Shown here: positions 1 to 8,780 of the stretch, piece by piece
Numbering within the stretch: the first letter of the stretch is position 1
Layout: the number at the start of each line of letters is the position of its first letter
Source: Bacillota bacterium
GTDB lineage: Bacteria; Bacillota; Clostridia; Christensenellales; Aristaeellaceae
Reading direction: 5' to 3'
Length of the DNA: 37,962 nucleotides
NCBI GenBank assembly: GCA_023392755.1
Contig: JAEWNM010000041.1
Coordinates: forward strand, 1 to 37,962
The notes under the pieces: model-generated
Databases searched by the model: none
What the model was told of the DNA's origin: nothing
What the model saw: the letters and a program-made list of their open reading frames with translations, nothing else
Translations under genes and position numbers: made by a program

Positions 1-127
1 TGCGCAAGAATTTCGAAGAAATTCTCTCCTTGCCCGAGCAAACGGCCGCAAAATGGCAACGCCATTTTGCAGTGCAGCGAGGGAAAAACTCAACAAAGTG
101 GCGACAGCCACTTTGTTGATACACTGA
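1..127 (+). repeat. Copy A (right-hand 127 nt only, cut by the window edge) of a multi-hairpin non-coding repeat family
   Basis: Aligns ungapped with 28262-28388 (14 mismatches in 127 by hand count). Hairpins: AGAATTTC-gaa-GAAATTCT (7-25), GCAAAATGGC-aac-GCCATTTTGC (48-70), CAACAAAGTGGC-gaca-GCCACTTTGTTG (91-118). Shared end ATACACTGA. Confidence 0.85.
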
Positions 128-128
128 A

Positions 129-161
129 GCTGCGTTCCCTTGCCAAACAGGGGAACGCAGC
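129..161 (-). terminator. GC-rich hairpin abutting repeat copy A, downstream of the minus-strand acyltransferase gene; possible terminator
   Basis: GCTGCGTTCCC-(loop)-GGGAACGCAGC, a perfect 11-bp stem. There is no clear U-tract on either strand, so terminator function is uncertain. Confidence 0.35.
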
Positions 162-210
162 GCCGCATATGTCAGTGTTCTTCATGTGCCGGCAGCAAAC
201 CATGTGCATT

Positions 211-1458
211 CTACAGGGCACATTGCAATGCATCCCGTATCCTTGCAAGCAGCCGCTCGACTTCGCCCGCATCCCGTTCTTCTGCGTAGAATCCCGCCGA
301 AAGGGTCAGGACATCGCCGTAACCGCCCGCGCCCAGCATGAACGCCGGGGCATTGAGGATGGGCAAAAACGGCAGGATTTCCGTGACCGGCACATCGCCA
401 AAGTGCATGGTGCCCGGGAATATCAGCCCCAGGTTGGACAGGATGGGCGCGGCCATACCCGAGAGACGGCTCTTTCTGCCGGCGCCAAGCAGCGCCTCCC
501 TCGCCATGCCATAGGGCATGGTCCGCAAATAGGCCATCATCGCCGCGCTTGAAAGGCCCGGGCGGTTCTCCTTGAGAAGCGCCGTGTGCCGCTGCACGGA
601 CGCAAGCGTACCGGCAAAGGAATCCTGCGGTGAAACGGTGACGCTTACCGCCTCCATCCCCGAAAGATTGCACGCGGCAGGTGCGGCCGCCTCATCAAGG
701 TACCGGCGCAGGTCCACCGTCATATGAATCGCGATTGGGCCCTTTTGGGCGCACGAGCCCGGCAGCGCCCGTGCAAATGCCGCGAGCAGCCTGTCGTTAA
801 CCGTGCCGCCGGGGCGCCGAACAGCGGATAGGGGCATGGATATCCATCTGTATTGTGGTTTTTGCCCATCCATCCCCTTATAGGGAACCGTTACAACCGG
901 GCCGGATGACGGTGCCTCCTTGCGAAGCGCCATGCGAAAATCCGGCAAACCGCACCGCGCGAACACCTGCTCTTCCGACCGGTCCGGCAGGATGCTCTCG
1001 GGCATCCTTTCCCCGGCGAGGCGCAAATTATAGCATTTGCTAAATAGCGAAAGGCACATCTTCGCGCCAGCGCCGTCGGCCGCCGCATGGTCTATCCCAA
1101 GGCATAGCACAGTCCGGCCGGGGCACGAAATCAGCCGCACTTCCATCTGACGGTCCCGCGTTGGTGAAGCATGCATAAACGCTTCCAGCCCCTCGCACAA
1201 GCCGCTTGCATCCGCCTGCGTAAACCGGCCCGTAGCGTCCGCGGGGACCCAAACGGGCGGGTCCCGCATATCGTCGAAGCGGCATCCCAGCACGGGCTGC
1301 AGGGCGATCAAATCCTCTGTCGCCTGCCGCAAAATTTGAATATCCGGTTTTCCCGCAAGCAGTGCGGCAATGTATATTGTGCCGCTTCCGCTCACCTCAT
1401 GGGACAGGTGGTTGGCCCAGTCCTGCCCGGTGGTTTCCAAAGAGCGCTCAGCTTTCAT
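211..1458 (-). CDS. Stand-alone condensation-domain/HxxxD-type acyltransferase (PapA5 / wax-ester-synthase-like superfamily)
   Basis: 415-aa ORF containing GIDHAAADGAG, which is the HxxxDG catalytic motif of condensation/acyltransferase domains. It overlaps the stop of the upstream TetR gene by 11 nt, which looks like an operon. Confidence 0.6.
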   Translation of the reverse strand: MKAERSLETTGQDWANHLSHEVSGSGTIYIAALLAGKPDIQILRQATEDLIALQPVLGCRFDDMRDPPVWVPADATGRFTQADASGLCEGLEAFMHASPTRDRQMEVRLISCPGRTVLCLGIDHAAADGAGAKMCLSLFSKCYNLRLAGERMPESILPDRSEEQVFARCGLPDFRMALRKEAPSSGPVVTVPYKGMDGQKPQYRWISMPLSAVRRPGGTVNDRLLAAFARALPGSCAQKGPIAIHMTVDLRRYLDEAAAPAACNLSGMEAVSVTVSPQDSFAGTLASVQRHTALLKENRPGLSSAAMMAYLRTMPYGMAREALLGAGRKSRLSGMAAPILSNLGLIFPGTMHFGDVPVTEILPFLPILNAPAFMLGAGGYGDVLTLSAGFYAEERDAGEVERLLARIRDALQCAL

Positions 1459-2086
1459 GTGTGCAGGTACATCCTTTCTCTGTCAGCAATAAACCGTTCA
1501 GCAGCGCGGCGGGCGGCGGGGCAAACCGCCGCATGGTAATCTTATACAGGCAAAGCCCCTGAAACGCCGCCCAATAGAGCTGCGCCAACTGGCGCGGGTC
1601 CCCCGGCTTTACCGCCCCCTGTGCCTGGCCGGCCTGGATCAGCTTTTCCAGGTGGTCAAACGGCGCGGCCATGCCTGCCATTTCAATCATGGGCATTGCG
1701 GATACCGGCTGGGAAGCGCCCGCGATGCCTGCCTGAAGCAGCAAAAGAAAGTAATAGGCTGTCTTGTCGTCCCGATGAAGTGTCCCGCTGACCATTTCGG
1801 AAATCCGCCCGATCTGTTCCGCTGCTGACGCCTCGCTCTGCCCGCAGGGCGCCAACGCGTCCATGGCACCTTTTAGCGCCATGTTGACCAGGGTGGCAAA
1901 CAATTCTTCCTTGGATGCGAAATAGTGATAAAGAAGCCCAAGGCTGATTCCCGCCTCCCGGGCAATCTCCGTCACACCGGTGGCGGATACCCCCTTGCGG
2001 GCAAAGAGCAGCAGGCCGGTGTCAAGTATCCGTTCTTTGGTCTTGTCCTGCATCTTAAGAAACTGCTCTTTTGTTCGGGGCGACAT
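1448..2086 (-). CDS. TetR/AcrR family transcriptional regulator
   Basis: N-terminal HTH signature ILDTGLLLFARKGVSATGVTEIAREAGISLGLLYHYFASKEELF. Start chosen at MSPRTKEQ (ATG at 2086) rather than the ORF-track start at 2122, which would run through a palindromic operator. Confidence 0.85.
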   Translation of the reverse strand: MSPRTKEQFLKMQDKTKERILDTGLLLFARKGVSATGVTEIAREAGISLGLLYHYFASKEELFATLVNMALKGAMDALAPCGQSEASAAEQIGRISEMVSGTLHRDDKTAYYFLLLLQAGIAGASQPVSAMPMIEMAGMAAPFDHLEKLIQAGQAQGAVKPGDPRQLAQLYWAAFQGLCLYKITMRRFAPPPAALLNGLLLTEKGCTCTHES

Positions 2087-2106
2087 GGCAAGCACCGCCT
2101 TTATTA

Positions 2107-2122
2107 TTGAAATATATTTCAA
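2107..2122. promoter_or_regulatory. Perfect 16-bp palindrome TTGAAATATATTTCAA; candidate TetR operator just upstream of the tetR start
   Basis: Self-complementary 16-mer 21 nt upstream of the tetR ATG. It shares half-sites TTGAAAT/ATTTCAA with the palindrome at 2258-2271. Confidence 0.5.
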
Positions 2123-2257
2123 TCATAAACCCTGAGCCGGATTCTGTCAAGCCCGTCTTTGGGCACAGATTGGCCGGCCCCCACATGGAAAGTGCCGCGA
2201 AAGCCGGTCCGAATCTTTATTTTCATGCATGAGCCGCCTATGCAAGGCAATACTAAA

Positions 2258-2271
2258 CTTGAAATTTCAAG
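2258..2271. promoter_or_regulatory. Perfect 14-bp palindrome CTTGAAATTTCAAG; second candidate operator upstream of the cotF-like genes
   Basis: Self-complementary 14-mer about 22 nt upstream of the ATG at 2293, with the same half-sites as 2107-2122. Confidence 0.45.
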
Positions 2272-2292
2272 AACACAGAAAGGAGCCTAAAC

Positions 2293-2478
2293 ATGCCACA
2301 ATTAAACCAGATAGAGCTGCAGAACCTCCGCCACATTATTGGGGCGCATGAAACAGCGTATCAAAAGATGCAGTCCTATGCCCAGCAGGCGACGGACCCT
2401 CAGGTTAAAGCATACTTCCAAAAGTCCGCCCAGGACGCACAAAGCACAAAGCAGCAGCTTATGTCGTTTCTGCAATAA
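2293..2478 (+). CDS. Small spore-coat-associated protein (partner of a CotF-family protein)
   Basis: 61-aa ORF with RBS AAAGGAG 7 nt upstream. Helical, Q/A-rich sequence, followed 15 nt later by a Coat_F-domain gene, which is a typical two-gene arrangement. Confidence 0.6.
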   Translation: MPQLNQIELQNLRHIIGAHETAYQKMQSYAQQATDPQVKAYFQKSAQDAQSTKQQLMSFLQ

Positions 2479-2492
2479 AGGAGGGAATAAAC

Positions 2493-2741
2493 GTGTTTCA
2501 AGAAAAAGCCATGGTCAACGACGCGCTGGCATCGGTGAAGAGCAGCCTCACCTTTTATGCCAATACCATCTCCGAGTGCGCCAACCCCATGCTGCGCAGC
2601 ACAATCCAGCAGATCAGGGACAAATGTGAAGCATCGCAGTACGAGCTTTACAAGCTGGCCCAGACAAAGGGATATTACAAGCCTGCCGTTATGGCAAAGG
2701 ACGACGAAATACAACAGACCAAAATGCAGCTGCAAAGCTGA
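2493..2741 (+). CDS. Coat F domain-containing spore coat protein
   Basis: GTG start preceded by GGAGGG. Motifs NDALASVKSSLTFYANTISECANPMLRSTIQQI and KGYYKP match the Coat_F (PF07875) pattern E..NP.LR...GWY.P. Confidence 0.75.
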   Translation: MFQEKAMVNDALASVKSSLTFYANTISECANPMLRSTIQQIRDKCEASQYELYKLAQTKGYYKPAVMAKDDEIQQTKMQLQS

Positions 2742-2823
2742 ATAAAAACGCGGCCGTACGCTTTCCCTACGGAAGGAGTGCGGCCCTTTTGCGCAGCGGA
2801 CCGGCGCATAATCAAAGGCCCGA

Positions 2824-2852
2824 TTGACGAAAGGAATGCGCGGGGGTATAAT
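2824..2852 (+). promoter_or_regulatory. Sigma-A type promoter for the riboswitch-controlled ABC operon
   Basis: TTGACG (2824-2829), 17-nt spacer, TATAAT (2847-2852). Confidence 0.65.
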
Positions 2853-2884
2853 GCAAGCACAAATGAATAGCGTGTGTATCTGCA

Positions 2885-3045
2885 TGAAAATGCGGCGCCG
2901 CAAGGCGTCATGGGAACGCGGATGAAATTTCCGGACTATCCCAGTAACCGTGAAACGGACGAACGGGCAAAAGAGCCACTGTCGCAAGATGGGAAGGCGC
3001 CCAAGTAGGATGAAGTAAAGTCGGGAGACCTGTTTACACGTAAAC
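2885..3045 (+). promoter_or_regulatory. Cobalamin (B12) riboswitch aptamer
   Basis: Conserved blocks in order: GGGAAcgcGGaTGAAAttTCC, CCCAGTAACCGTGAA, GAGCCACTG, GGGAAGGCG, and the B12 box AGTCGGGAGACCTG (3019-3032). It sits directly upstream of a BtuF-type binding protein gene. Confidence 0.85.
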
Positions 3046-3094
3046 GCCTCTGGGGAATGGGATATGCTATGCATAGATGGGACTATGCCTTATA

Positions 3095-3128
3095 AAGTTG
3101 TCTCTTTCAAAAGAGGGACAACTTTTTT
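3095..3128 (+). terminator. Intrinsic terminator (expression platform of the cobalamin riboswitch)
   Basis: GTTGTCtCTtt-caaa-agAGgGACAAC followed by TTTTTT, located 30-60 nt before the ABC operon start. Confidence 0.75.
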
Positions 3129-3176
3129 GCTTCCCCCTCAATCTATTCATTTGAATACATGAAAAGGGGTGACCAA

Positions 3177-4109
3177 ATGAAGACATCCAAGACCGTATCC
3201 CTGTTACTGGCAGCCGCACTGTTCCTTGGCCTGCTCACAGGCAGCGCCATGGCAGAAGCCACAGCACCCATTTGCGTAAAGGACATGACAGGCCGGGAAA
3301 TCCAGCTGGATGCGCCCGCAACGCGCATAGTGGCGCTATTGGCCGCCGACTGCGAGATACTCTACGCCCTGGGGGCGGGTGACGCGCTGGTGGGCCGCGG
3401 CGAATACTGCGACTATCCTGAGCAAGTGCAAAGCGTTCCCTCCGTGCAGTCCGGCGCGGAGACAAACATTGAGCAGATCGTGGCCCTCACGCCGCAGGCG
3501 GTGCTCATGAGCACCATGGCGCAGACGGAAGAACAGGTTGCCGCGCTGGAAGCGGCGGGCATCAAGGTCGTGGTCAGCGACGCCCGCGATATTGCAGGCG
3601 TCTATACGGCCATAGAGCTGATTGGCGCGGTGGCCGGAAAGACGGAAGAAGCAGCAGCCCTGACGGAGAGCATGAAAACTGCCTTTGAAGGAATTGGAAA
3701 AAAGGCCGCGGGCGACGGTACCAAAACAATCTACTTTGAGGTGTCTCCCCTGCAATGGGGGCTGTGGACCGCTGGAAGCGGCACGTTTATGGATGAGCTG
3801 GCAACCATGCTGGGGCTGAAAAACGCTTTTGCGGATGTACAGGGCTGGGGCGAAATCTCCCAGGAGCAGGTTATAGAGCGCGACCCCGATTATATCGTCA
3901 CCATTGCCATGTACAACGGCGAAGGCCCCGACCCGGTGGAGGAAATCATGAACCGGGAAGGCTGGCAGGATTTGAAGGCGATAAAGAACAAAACCATACT
4001 CCATGCCGATTCCAACGAAATCTCCCTTCCCGGTCCCCGCCTGGTGGAAGCTTGTGAAACCTTGTATCAGTTCGTGTACGAACCGGAGACACTTGTGCCC
4101 GCGGCATAA
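3177..4109 (+). CDS. ABC transporter substrate-binding protein, cobalamin/siderophore (BtuF/FecB-like) type
   Basis: Signal peptide MKTSKTVSLLLAAALFLGLLTGSAMA and the periplasmic-binding-protein pattern RIVALLAADCEILYALGAGDALVG. Start at 3177 follows RBS AAAGGGGTGA. Lies behind a B12 riboswitch. Confidence 0.8.
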   Translation: MKTSKTVSLLLAAALFLGLLTGSAMAEATAPICVKDMTGREIQLDAPATRIVALLAADCEILYALGAGDALVGRGEYCDYPEQVQSVPSVQSGAETNIEQIVALTPQAVLMSTMAQTEEQVAALEAAGIKVVVSDARDIAGVYTAIELIGAVAGKTEEAAALTESMKTAFEGIGKKAAGDGTKTIYFEVSPLQWGLWTAGSGTFMDELATMLGLKNAFADVQGWGEISQEQVIERDPDYIVTIAMYNGEGPDPVEEIMNREGWQDLKAIKNKTILHADSNEISLPGPRLVEACETLYQFVYEPETLVPAA

Positions 4110-4166
4110 AAAACAGACGGATGGGGGGCGGCCTTCCGCCCCCTTCCATGAAGCACAGAGGCATGT

Positions 4167-5198
4167 ATGAAAAGACGGCGGGAAGGCTTTCATCCTTATG
4201 AATATATTCTGCTTTGCGGGGCGACGCTGGCAGCTTTGCTCCTGTGCGTATGCATGGGCAGCGTGAATATTTCGCCGAAGGATACCCTCACCGCCGTCTG
4301 GAATACGGTGTGGGGGCTGCCGATACCGGAGGGCGTATCCCGGTCCATTATTGTGTTTGTCCGCCTGCCCAGGGTTGTCTGCGTCGCGCTGTCGGGGGCG
4401 GCCCTGTCCCTGTGCGGCGCCGCCATGCAGGGCCTGCTCCGCAATCCCCTGGCGGATGGCTCCACCCTGGGGGTTTCCTCCGGCGCATCCCTGGGGGCCA
4501 TTTTGGCCATTGCCTTTGGCATCACAATTCCCGGCATTGGCTATGCCGGGGCCATGGTGACGGCAATGGTCTTCGCGTTTTTGTCCCTGGTGTTCATCCT
4601 GTCCCTGGCTTACCGGCTGGACCATTCCCTGGCCACCAACACCATCATATTGATCGGCGTTATTTTCACCATGTTCGCCCACAGCATTATCAGCCTGATC
4701 ATCACCTTTTCCGGGGAAAAGATCAAATCGATCATGTTCTGGACAATGGGCTCCCTGGCGGGCAGCAATTATCAAAATGCACTGGCCCTGCTTGCGGCCA
4801 TCATTGTCTGCGGCGCGCTGATGCTGTCAAGCGCCCGGGAACTGAACGCCTTTGCCATCGGGGAGGACAACGCCCGCCATGTGGGTGTGGATGTGAAGCG
4901 GGTGAAAATGAGGGTGCTCATCTCCGCCTCCGCCCTCATTGGCGTGTGCGTATCCATTGGCGGCACCATCGGCTTTGTCGGGCTTGTGATACCCCATACC
5001 ATGCGCATGCTGACAGGCCCCAACCATAAGCGCCTGCTGCCCGCCAGCATGTTTGGCGGCGCCATTTTCCTGATGCTGGCCGACCTGATCGGCCGTACCA
5101 TTTTAAGCCCTCTTGAAATACCCATCGGCGTTATCACCTCCCTGATCGGCTCGGCGGTGTTTGTATATATCTTCTATATAACAAGAAAGGCGAGATGA
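4167..5198 (+). CDS. FecCD/BtuC family ABC transporter permease
   Basis: 343-aa polytopic membrane protein with typical FecCD blocks (LADGSTLGVSSGASLGA, HTMRMLTGPNHKRLLPAS). Confidence 0.85.
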   Translation: MKRRREGFHPYEYILLCGATLAALLLCVCMGSVNISPKDTLTAVWNTVWGLPIPEGVSRSIIVFVRLPRVVCVALSGAALSLCGAAMQGLLRNPLADGSTLGVSSGASLGAILAIAFGITIPGIGYAGAMVTAMVFAFLSLVFILSLAYRLDHSLATNTIILIGVIFTMFAHSIISLIITFSGEKIKSIMFWTMGSLAGSNYQNALALLAAIIVCGALMLSSARELNAFAIGEDNARHVGVDVKRVKMRVLISASALIGVCVSIGGTIGFVGLVIPHTMRMLTGPNHKRLLPASMFGGAIFLMLADLIGRTILSPLEIPIGVITSLIGSAVFVYIFYITRKAR

Positions 5199-5201
5199 AC
5201 A

Positions 5202-5960
5202 ATGCTGAATGTAGAGCACCTCACGGTTCGGCATGGCAGTCTCACCGTGCTGGACGATATTAGTTTTTCGCTTTCGGCAGGCCACTGGCTGATGGTGGCC
5301 GGGCCCAACGGCGCGGGGAAATCCACGCTGGTCCACGCCATCTCCCAGGGCGTTCCCTTCCGTGGCGACATCCGCTTTCAGGGCCGGAATATCAGCAGAA
5401 TACGCCCCGGCGCACTGGCCAGACAGATGGGGGTACTGTCCCAAAGCCATCAAATGGGCTATGCCTTTTCGGTGGAGGAAGTAGTCAACCTGGGAAGGTA
5501 CGCCCATCAAAAGGGACGCCTTTCCTTTACCGATGAGCAGGGCGGAAAAATGGTGCACGCCGCCCTTGAGATGACCGGCATGCTGCCCCAAAAGCACCAG
5601 TCGGTGCTCACCCTGTCCGGCGGTGAGCTGCAGCGGACGTTTCTGGCCCAGATTTTTGCCCAGGACCCGAAATTGATACTGTTGGACGAGCCCACCAACC
5701 ATCTTGATCTGAAATACCAGAAGCAGATGTTTGAGCTGATCGGCGCATGGCTGAAGCAGCCTGACAGGGCTGTCATTTCCGTTGTGCATGATATCAGCCT
5801 GGCCAGGGCTTACGGCACTCATGCCATGCTGCTCAATCAGGGAAAACTGGTGGCCTATGGCAGCAACCGGGACGTTTTGTCTAGGGAAAACCTTCAAAGC
5901 GTATATGCCATGGACGTGCACAACTGGATGCAGGGAATGCTGTCCCAATGGAGGGAATAG
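5202..5960 (+). CDS. ABC transporter ATP-binding protein (FecE/BtuD-like)
   Basis: Walker A GPNGAGKST, signature LSGGELQR, Walker B ILLDEPTNHLD. Starts 4 nt after the permease stop. Confidence 0.9.
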   Translation: MLNVEHLTVRHGSLTVLDDISFSLSAGHWLMVAGPNGAGKSTLVHAISQGVPFRGDIRFQGRNISRIRPGALARQMGVLSQSHQMGYAFSVEEVVNLGRYAHQKGRLSFTDEQGGKMVHAALEMTGMLPQKHQSVLTLSGGELQRTFLAQIFAQDPKLILLDEPTNHLDLKYQKQMFELIGAWLKQPDRAVISVVHDISLARAYGTHAMLLNQGKLVAYGSNRDVLSRENLQSVYAMDVHNWMQGMLSQWRE

Positions 5961-6170
5961 AAAAGTATTGATTTTCCAAAAACTTGCTGTATCATGGGGG
6001 CAGAAGGCACATAAACGCTGCCGGGCTTATGCTTATCTGTTCCGGGTTCTATTCGCATTCATCCTCCGCATCCATTATAGCAGCATATCGCCAGAATCAA
6101 TGCGCCATGGAGCAAGCCATCCTGCCGCATGAAAAAGAATCGGACCGACATGAAGTAAAGGAGCGGTATC

Positions 6171-7200
6171 ATGAACGGAACAGCGCAGACAAAACAGTCA
6201 AAACGCAGGCGGCTTTATGTCAGATGGCTGCTGCCCGCCCTTGCCCTCCTTTTCGCCGCATCACTCCTTGCCTTTGCCTGGCCGCACATCCAGGCGGCCC
6301 GCACCATAGGAAGCCTTCGGAAGGTAGACGACTATCCGCTGTATACAATGACCTATTTCGGTGGCTATGATCTTGACTATTCGGCGTATAACCCAAGCCT
6401 TGCGGTGGCCGGCGGCGACATGCTGTGCAGCAGCTTTCTGGCACGCAACGAAAAAGGGGAGCCTCTTTTTTGCCGCAACCTCGATTATACCCTGACCAGC
6501 CATCCCATTGTAATGGTGAGTACCGGCGCGCCGGGAAAAAATGCGGGGCTGGCCATTTGCGATTTGTTTTATCTGGGTTACCGGGGGCGGCAAGCTGCCT
6601 ACCGGCTCGGTGTCAAGTGACGGCGCGCTGCTTATGGCACCCAGGATCACCATTGACGGCATGAACGAACATGGCGTTGCGCTGGCAATCCTGTCCGTCC
6701 CCCATGCCGAGCCTGCGCTTGATCCGGCCAGGCAGACCATTGACGAGGTAGCCGCCGTGCGCCTTTCGCTGGACAACGCAAAAACCGTGGATGAGGCGGT
6801 TGAGGTAATCAAGGGTTACAATATGGTTTTCAATGAAGGCCCGGTGCACTTCATGATTGCGGACGGAAGCGGCGATTCGGCCATTGTAGAGCTGGTGGAC
6901 GGGGAGACCAAGGCAATCCGAAGCGGGAAAGCATGGCAGGTGGCCACAAATTTCATTGTGTCCAGCCCGGCCCGGGAAGGCGTGGGGCAGGACCGCTATG
7001 ATCTGGCGGAGCAGGCGCTTGAAAAGGCCGGAGGCGTTCTTGGCGAGGAGGAGGCAATGGACCTGCTGGGCCGTGTATCGCAGCCGGGCACGCTGTGGTC
7101 TGTCATCTATAATTTGCGAACAGGCGAAGCCAGGCTTGCGCTGAAAAAGAACTTTGATAAGATATATCAGTTCAAACTGAAGATGCATGACCCCGTGTAG
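6171..7200 (+). pseudogene. C45-family / choloylglycine-hydrolase-like Ntn amidohydrolase (carcinine hydrolase / acyl-CoA:6-APA acyltransferase family), split by a 1-nt frameshift
   Basis: ORF 6171-6620 (signal anchor, candidate nucleophile Cys in MLCSSFLARNEKGEPLFCRNLDY) continues in the next frame as 6541-7200 (LLMAPRITIDGMNEHGVALAIL...). The frames switch at the run CCGGGGGCGG (6581-6590). Confidence 0.65.
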
Positions 7201-7341
7201 CCGCCTGTTTCATACGGCGTCCCGCTTCATATGCATGGATGCCGCGCCGGGATGAGCAGACCTGGCCAGCGGTTTTGGCTGCCAAGCCATAATCGGTTTT
7301 TTGCCGGCGGGGCATCTCCCGCTTTAGGGACACACAGAGCA

Positions 7342-7372
7342 AATCACGCCCCGGCCAAGCCGGGGCGTGATT
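7342..7372. terminator. Hairpin between convergent genes (probable bidirectional terminator)
   Basis: AATCACGCCCCGG-ccaag-CCGGGGCGTGATT, a perfect 13-bp stem between the hydrolase stop and the anti-sigma stop. The U-tract is weak. Confidence 0.55.
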
Positions 7373-7379
7373 GCGTGCT

Positions 7380-8780
7380 TTACATGGTACTCTTCCAATC
7401 TTCCAGGGTATCGACATCTTTCAAATCCACCGCGTACGCGGCGATGATTTCCCCCGTACGCGCATCCAGCTCCACCTTGTAGTTGGGCATACGGGCATTT
7501 TCGCCGTAGTAGGCCAGCACTTCGGCACCGAAAGCCTCGTCGCTGTCGTACTGACTGGGCCTATGAAAGAAGAACTTCCAAAGCGGCTTATCCGGGTTTG
7601 TTATGTCATAGAACACATTGGGTTTGTGAAGGAAAAAGCGGAGTTCCTCCTCCTTGCGGCCCAGCGGGTCAACAAGGGCCTTTTGGGCCAGCTCCAGCGC
7701 TTGAGCCTGCGTTAGCGCCTTTTCATCCGGCAGGCCATAGATGAATGAAGAAAAGGCAACATCCCTCGGACTGAAGTAGTCCGGCTCCTGGGCATACCGA
7801 ATTGAAATTTCTTTCGCCAGCGTTTCTGACCAGAGCGCCTTGGCTTCCAAGCTGCTCCTTTGCAGATTGGCACCATGGGCCTCACCAAACTCTCTCATCT
7901 TAATCATGAGAGGATCGTTGCGCCTCTTGTTGGCATCCTCCTCATAGGCACGCTTGCTTTCCAGCAGGCTTTCCACCGATTCTCGCAGTTCCCCCGTCTC
8001 CGGGTGAATATACACCCAGAAATTTTCGAACAGCCGTGTCTTGACCGGCATGCTCTCCGGCGCCCAATAGTCAACGGACCAGTAGGCCTGCTTATCGCCG
8101 GTCGCCACGGAATCCTCCGGCACCTGGAAAGAGGTGGTCACGGTGTAAGCGTCCAGCACGCTTTCTAAAACGCCGTAGCCTTTGGCAATCTCCCGTCGGG
8201 CAATCGCGATGGCCTTTTCCTCATCAACCGGGCCTTCCGGCATAACATACAAGGTATGGTCCGCTCCCTGCAAGCCCATGTCCACCATCAACTGGGAATA
8301 CCAGGCCTGCTCATCCTTTGTCCACTGTTCAAAGGGGCCCCAGGCGGCAATCATGATTTCCATGAAGCTGATTTCAGAAACTTCCCGCCCGGTAAATGTA
8401 CTGAGGGCCTCATCCGCGATTTTTTCGGCCTCCTGTGCCGGCAGCTTGCCGGAGAGAAGGTTTTCAACCGCTTCGGTTTTTTTTGCAAACTCCTGCTCCA
8501 CAAGCGCGCCTACCAGGGCAATCTTTTTCTCCACGGGCCACTGTTCAAAATAGCCCGAATCCTGCTCCGTTTGCACAATCTGCCTTGCGGTATCCTTCCA
8601 AGTGGTCAGCGCAAGCGCCACCCCGGCTGCCAGCACCAGTACCAATACCGTAACCAGTACAAATGAAATTTTCTTCTTCACAACAGGTTCCTCCTTTACA
8701 CCGCGTGCCGCATTCATCAATGCATGATAGCAGTCATCCGGTATCGGGCCAAACGCGTTTTTCAAATCATTGCGCTTCAT
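7380..8780 (-). CDS. Putative anti-sigma factor, single-pass membrane protein with a large extracytoplasmic domain
   Basis: 466 aa with a short cytoplasmic N-terminus, one TM segment (ISFVLVTVLVLVLAAGVALAL) and a C-terminal domain of about 390 aa. The start overlaps the ECF sigma stop by 14 nt. Confidence 0.6.
   Translation of the reverse strand: MKRNDLKNAFGPIPDDCYHALMNAARGVKEEPVVKKKISFVLVTVLVLVLAAGVALALTTWKDTARQIVQTEQDSGYFEQWPVEKKIALVGALVEQEFAKKTEAVENLLSGKLPAQEAEKIADEALSTFTGREVSEISFMEIMIAAWGPFEQWTKDEQAWYSQLMVDMGLQGADHTLYVMPEGPVDEEKAIAIARREIAKGYGVLESVLDAYTVTTSFQVPEDSVATGDKQAYWSVDYWAPESMPVKTRLFENFWVYIHPETGELRESVESLLESKRAYEEDANKRRNDPLMIKMREFGEAHGANLQRSSLEAKALWSETLAKEISIRYAQEPDYFSPRDVAFSSFIYGLPDEKALTQAQALELAQKALVDPLGRKEEELRFFLHKPNVFYDITNPDKPLWKFFFHRPSQYDSDEAFGAEVLAYYGENARMPNYKVELDARTGEIIAAYAVDLKDVDTLEDWKSTM

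Noticed and set aside
118-135. CTGA(A/G)G at the repeat end as a hammerhead-like CUGANGA core
   Set aside because: The sequence is CTGAAGC / CTGAGCC, which does not match CUGANGA. I could find no matching GAAA core or three-way junction.
2400-3074. 224-aa minus-strand ORF
   Set aside because: It overlaps the CotF-family genes in antisense and covers the cobalamin riboswitch and its promoter.
3336-4775. 479-aa ORF on the minus strand
   Set aside because: It is antisense to the well-supported BtuF-like and FecCD permease genes. The product is low-complexity and G/R/A/Q/H-rich with no motifs, which is the typical shadow ORF of GC-rich DNA.
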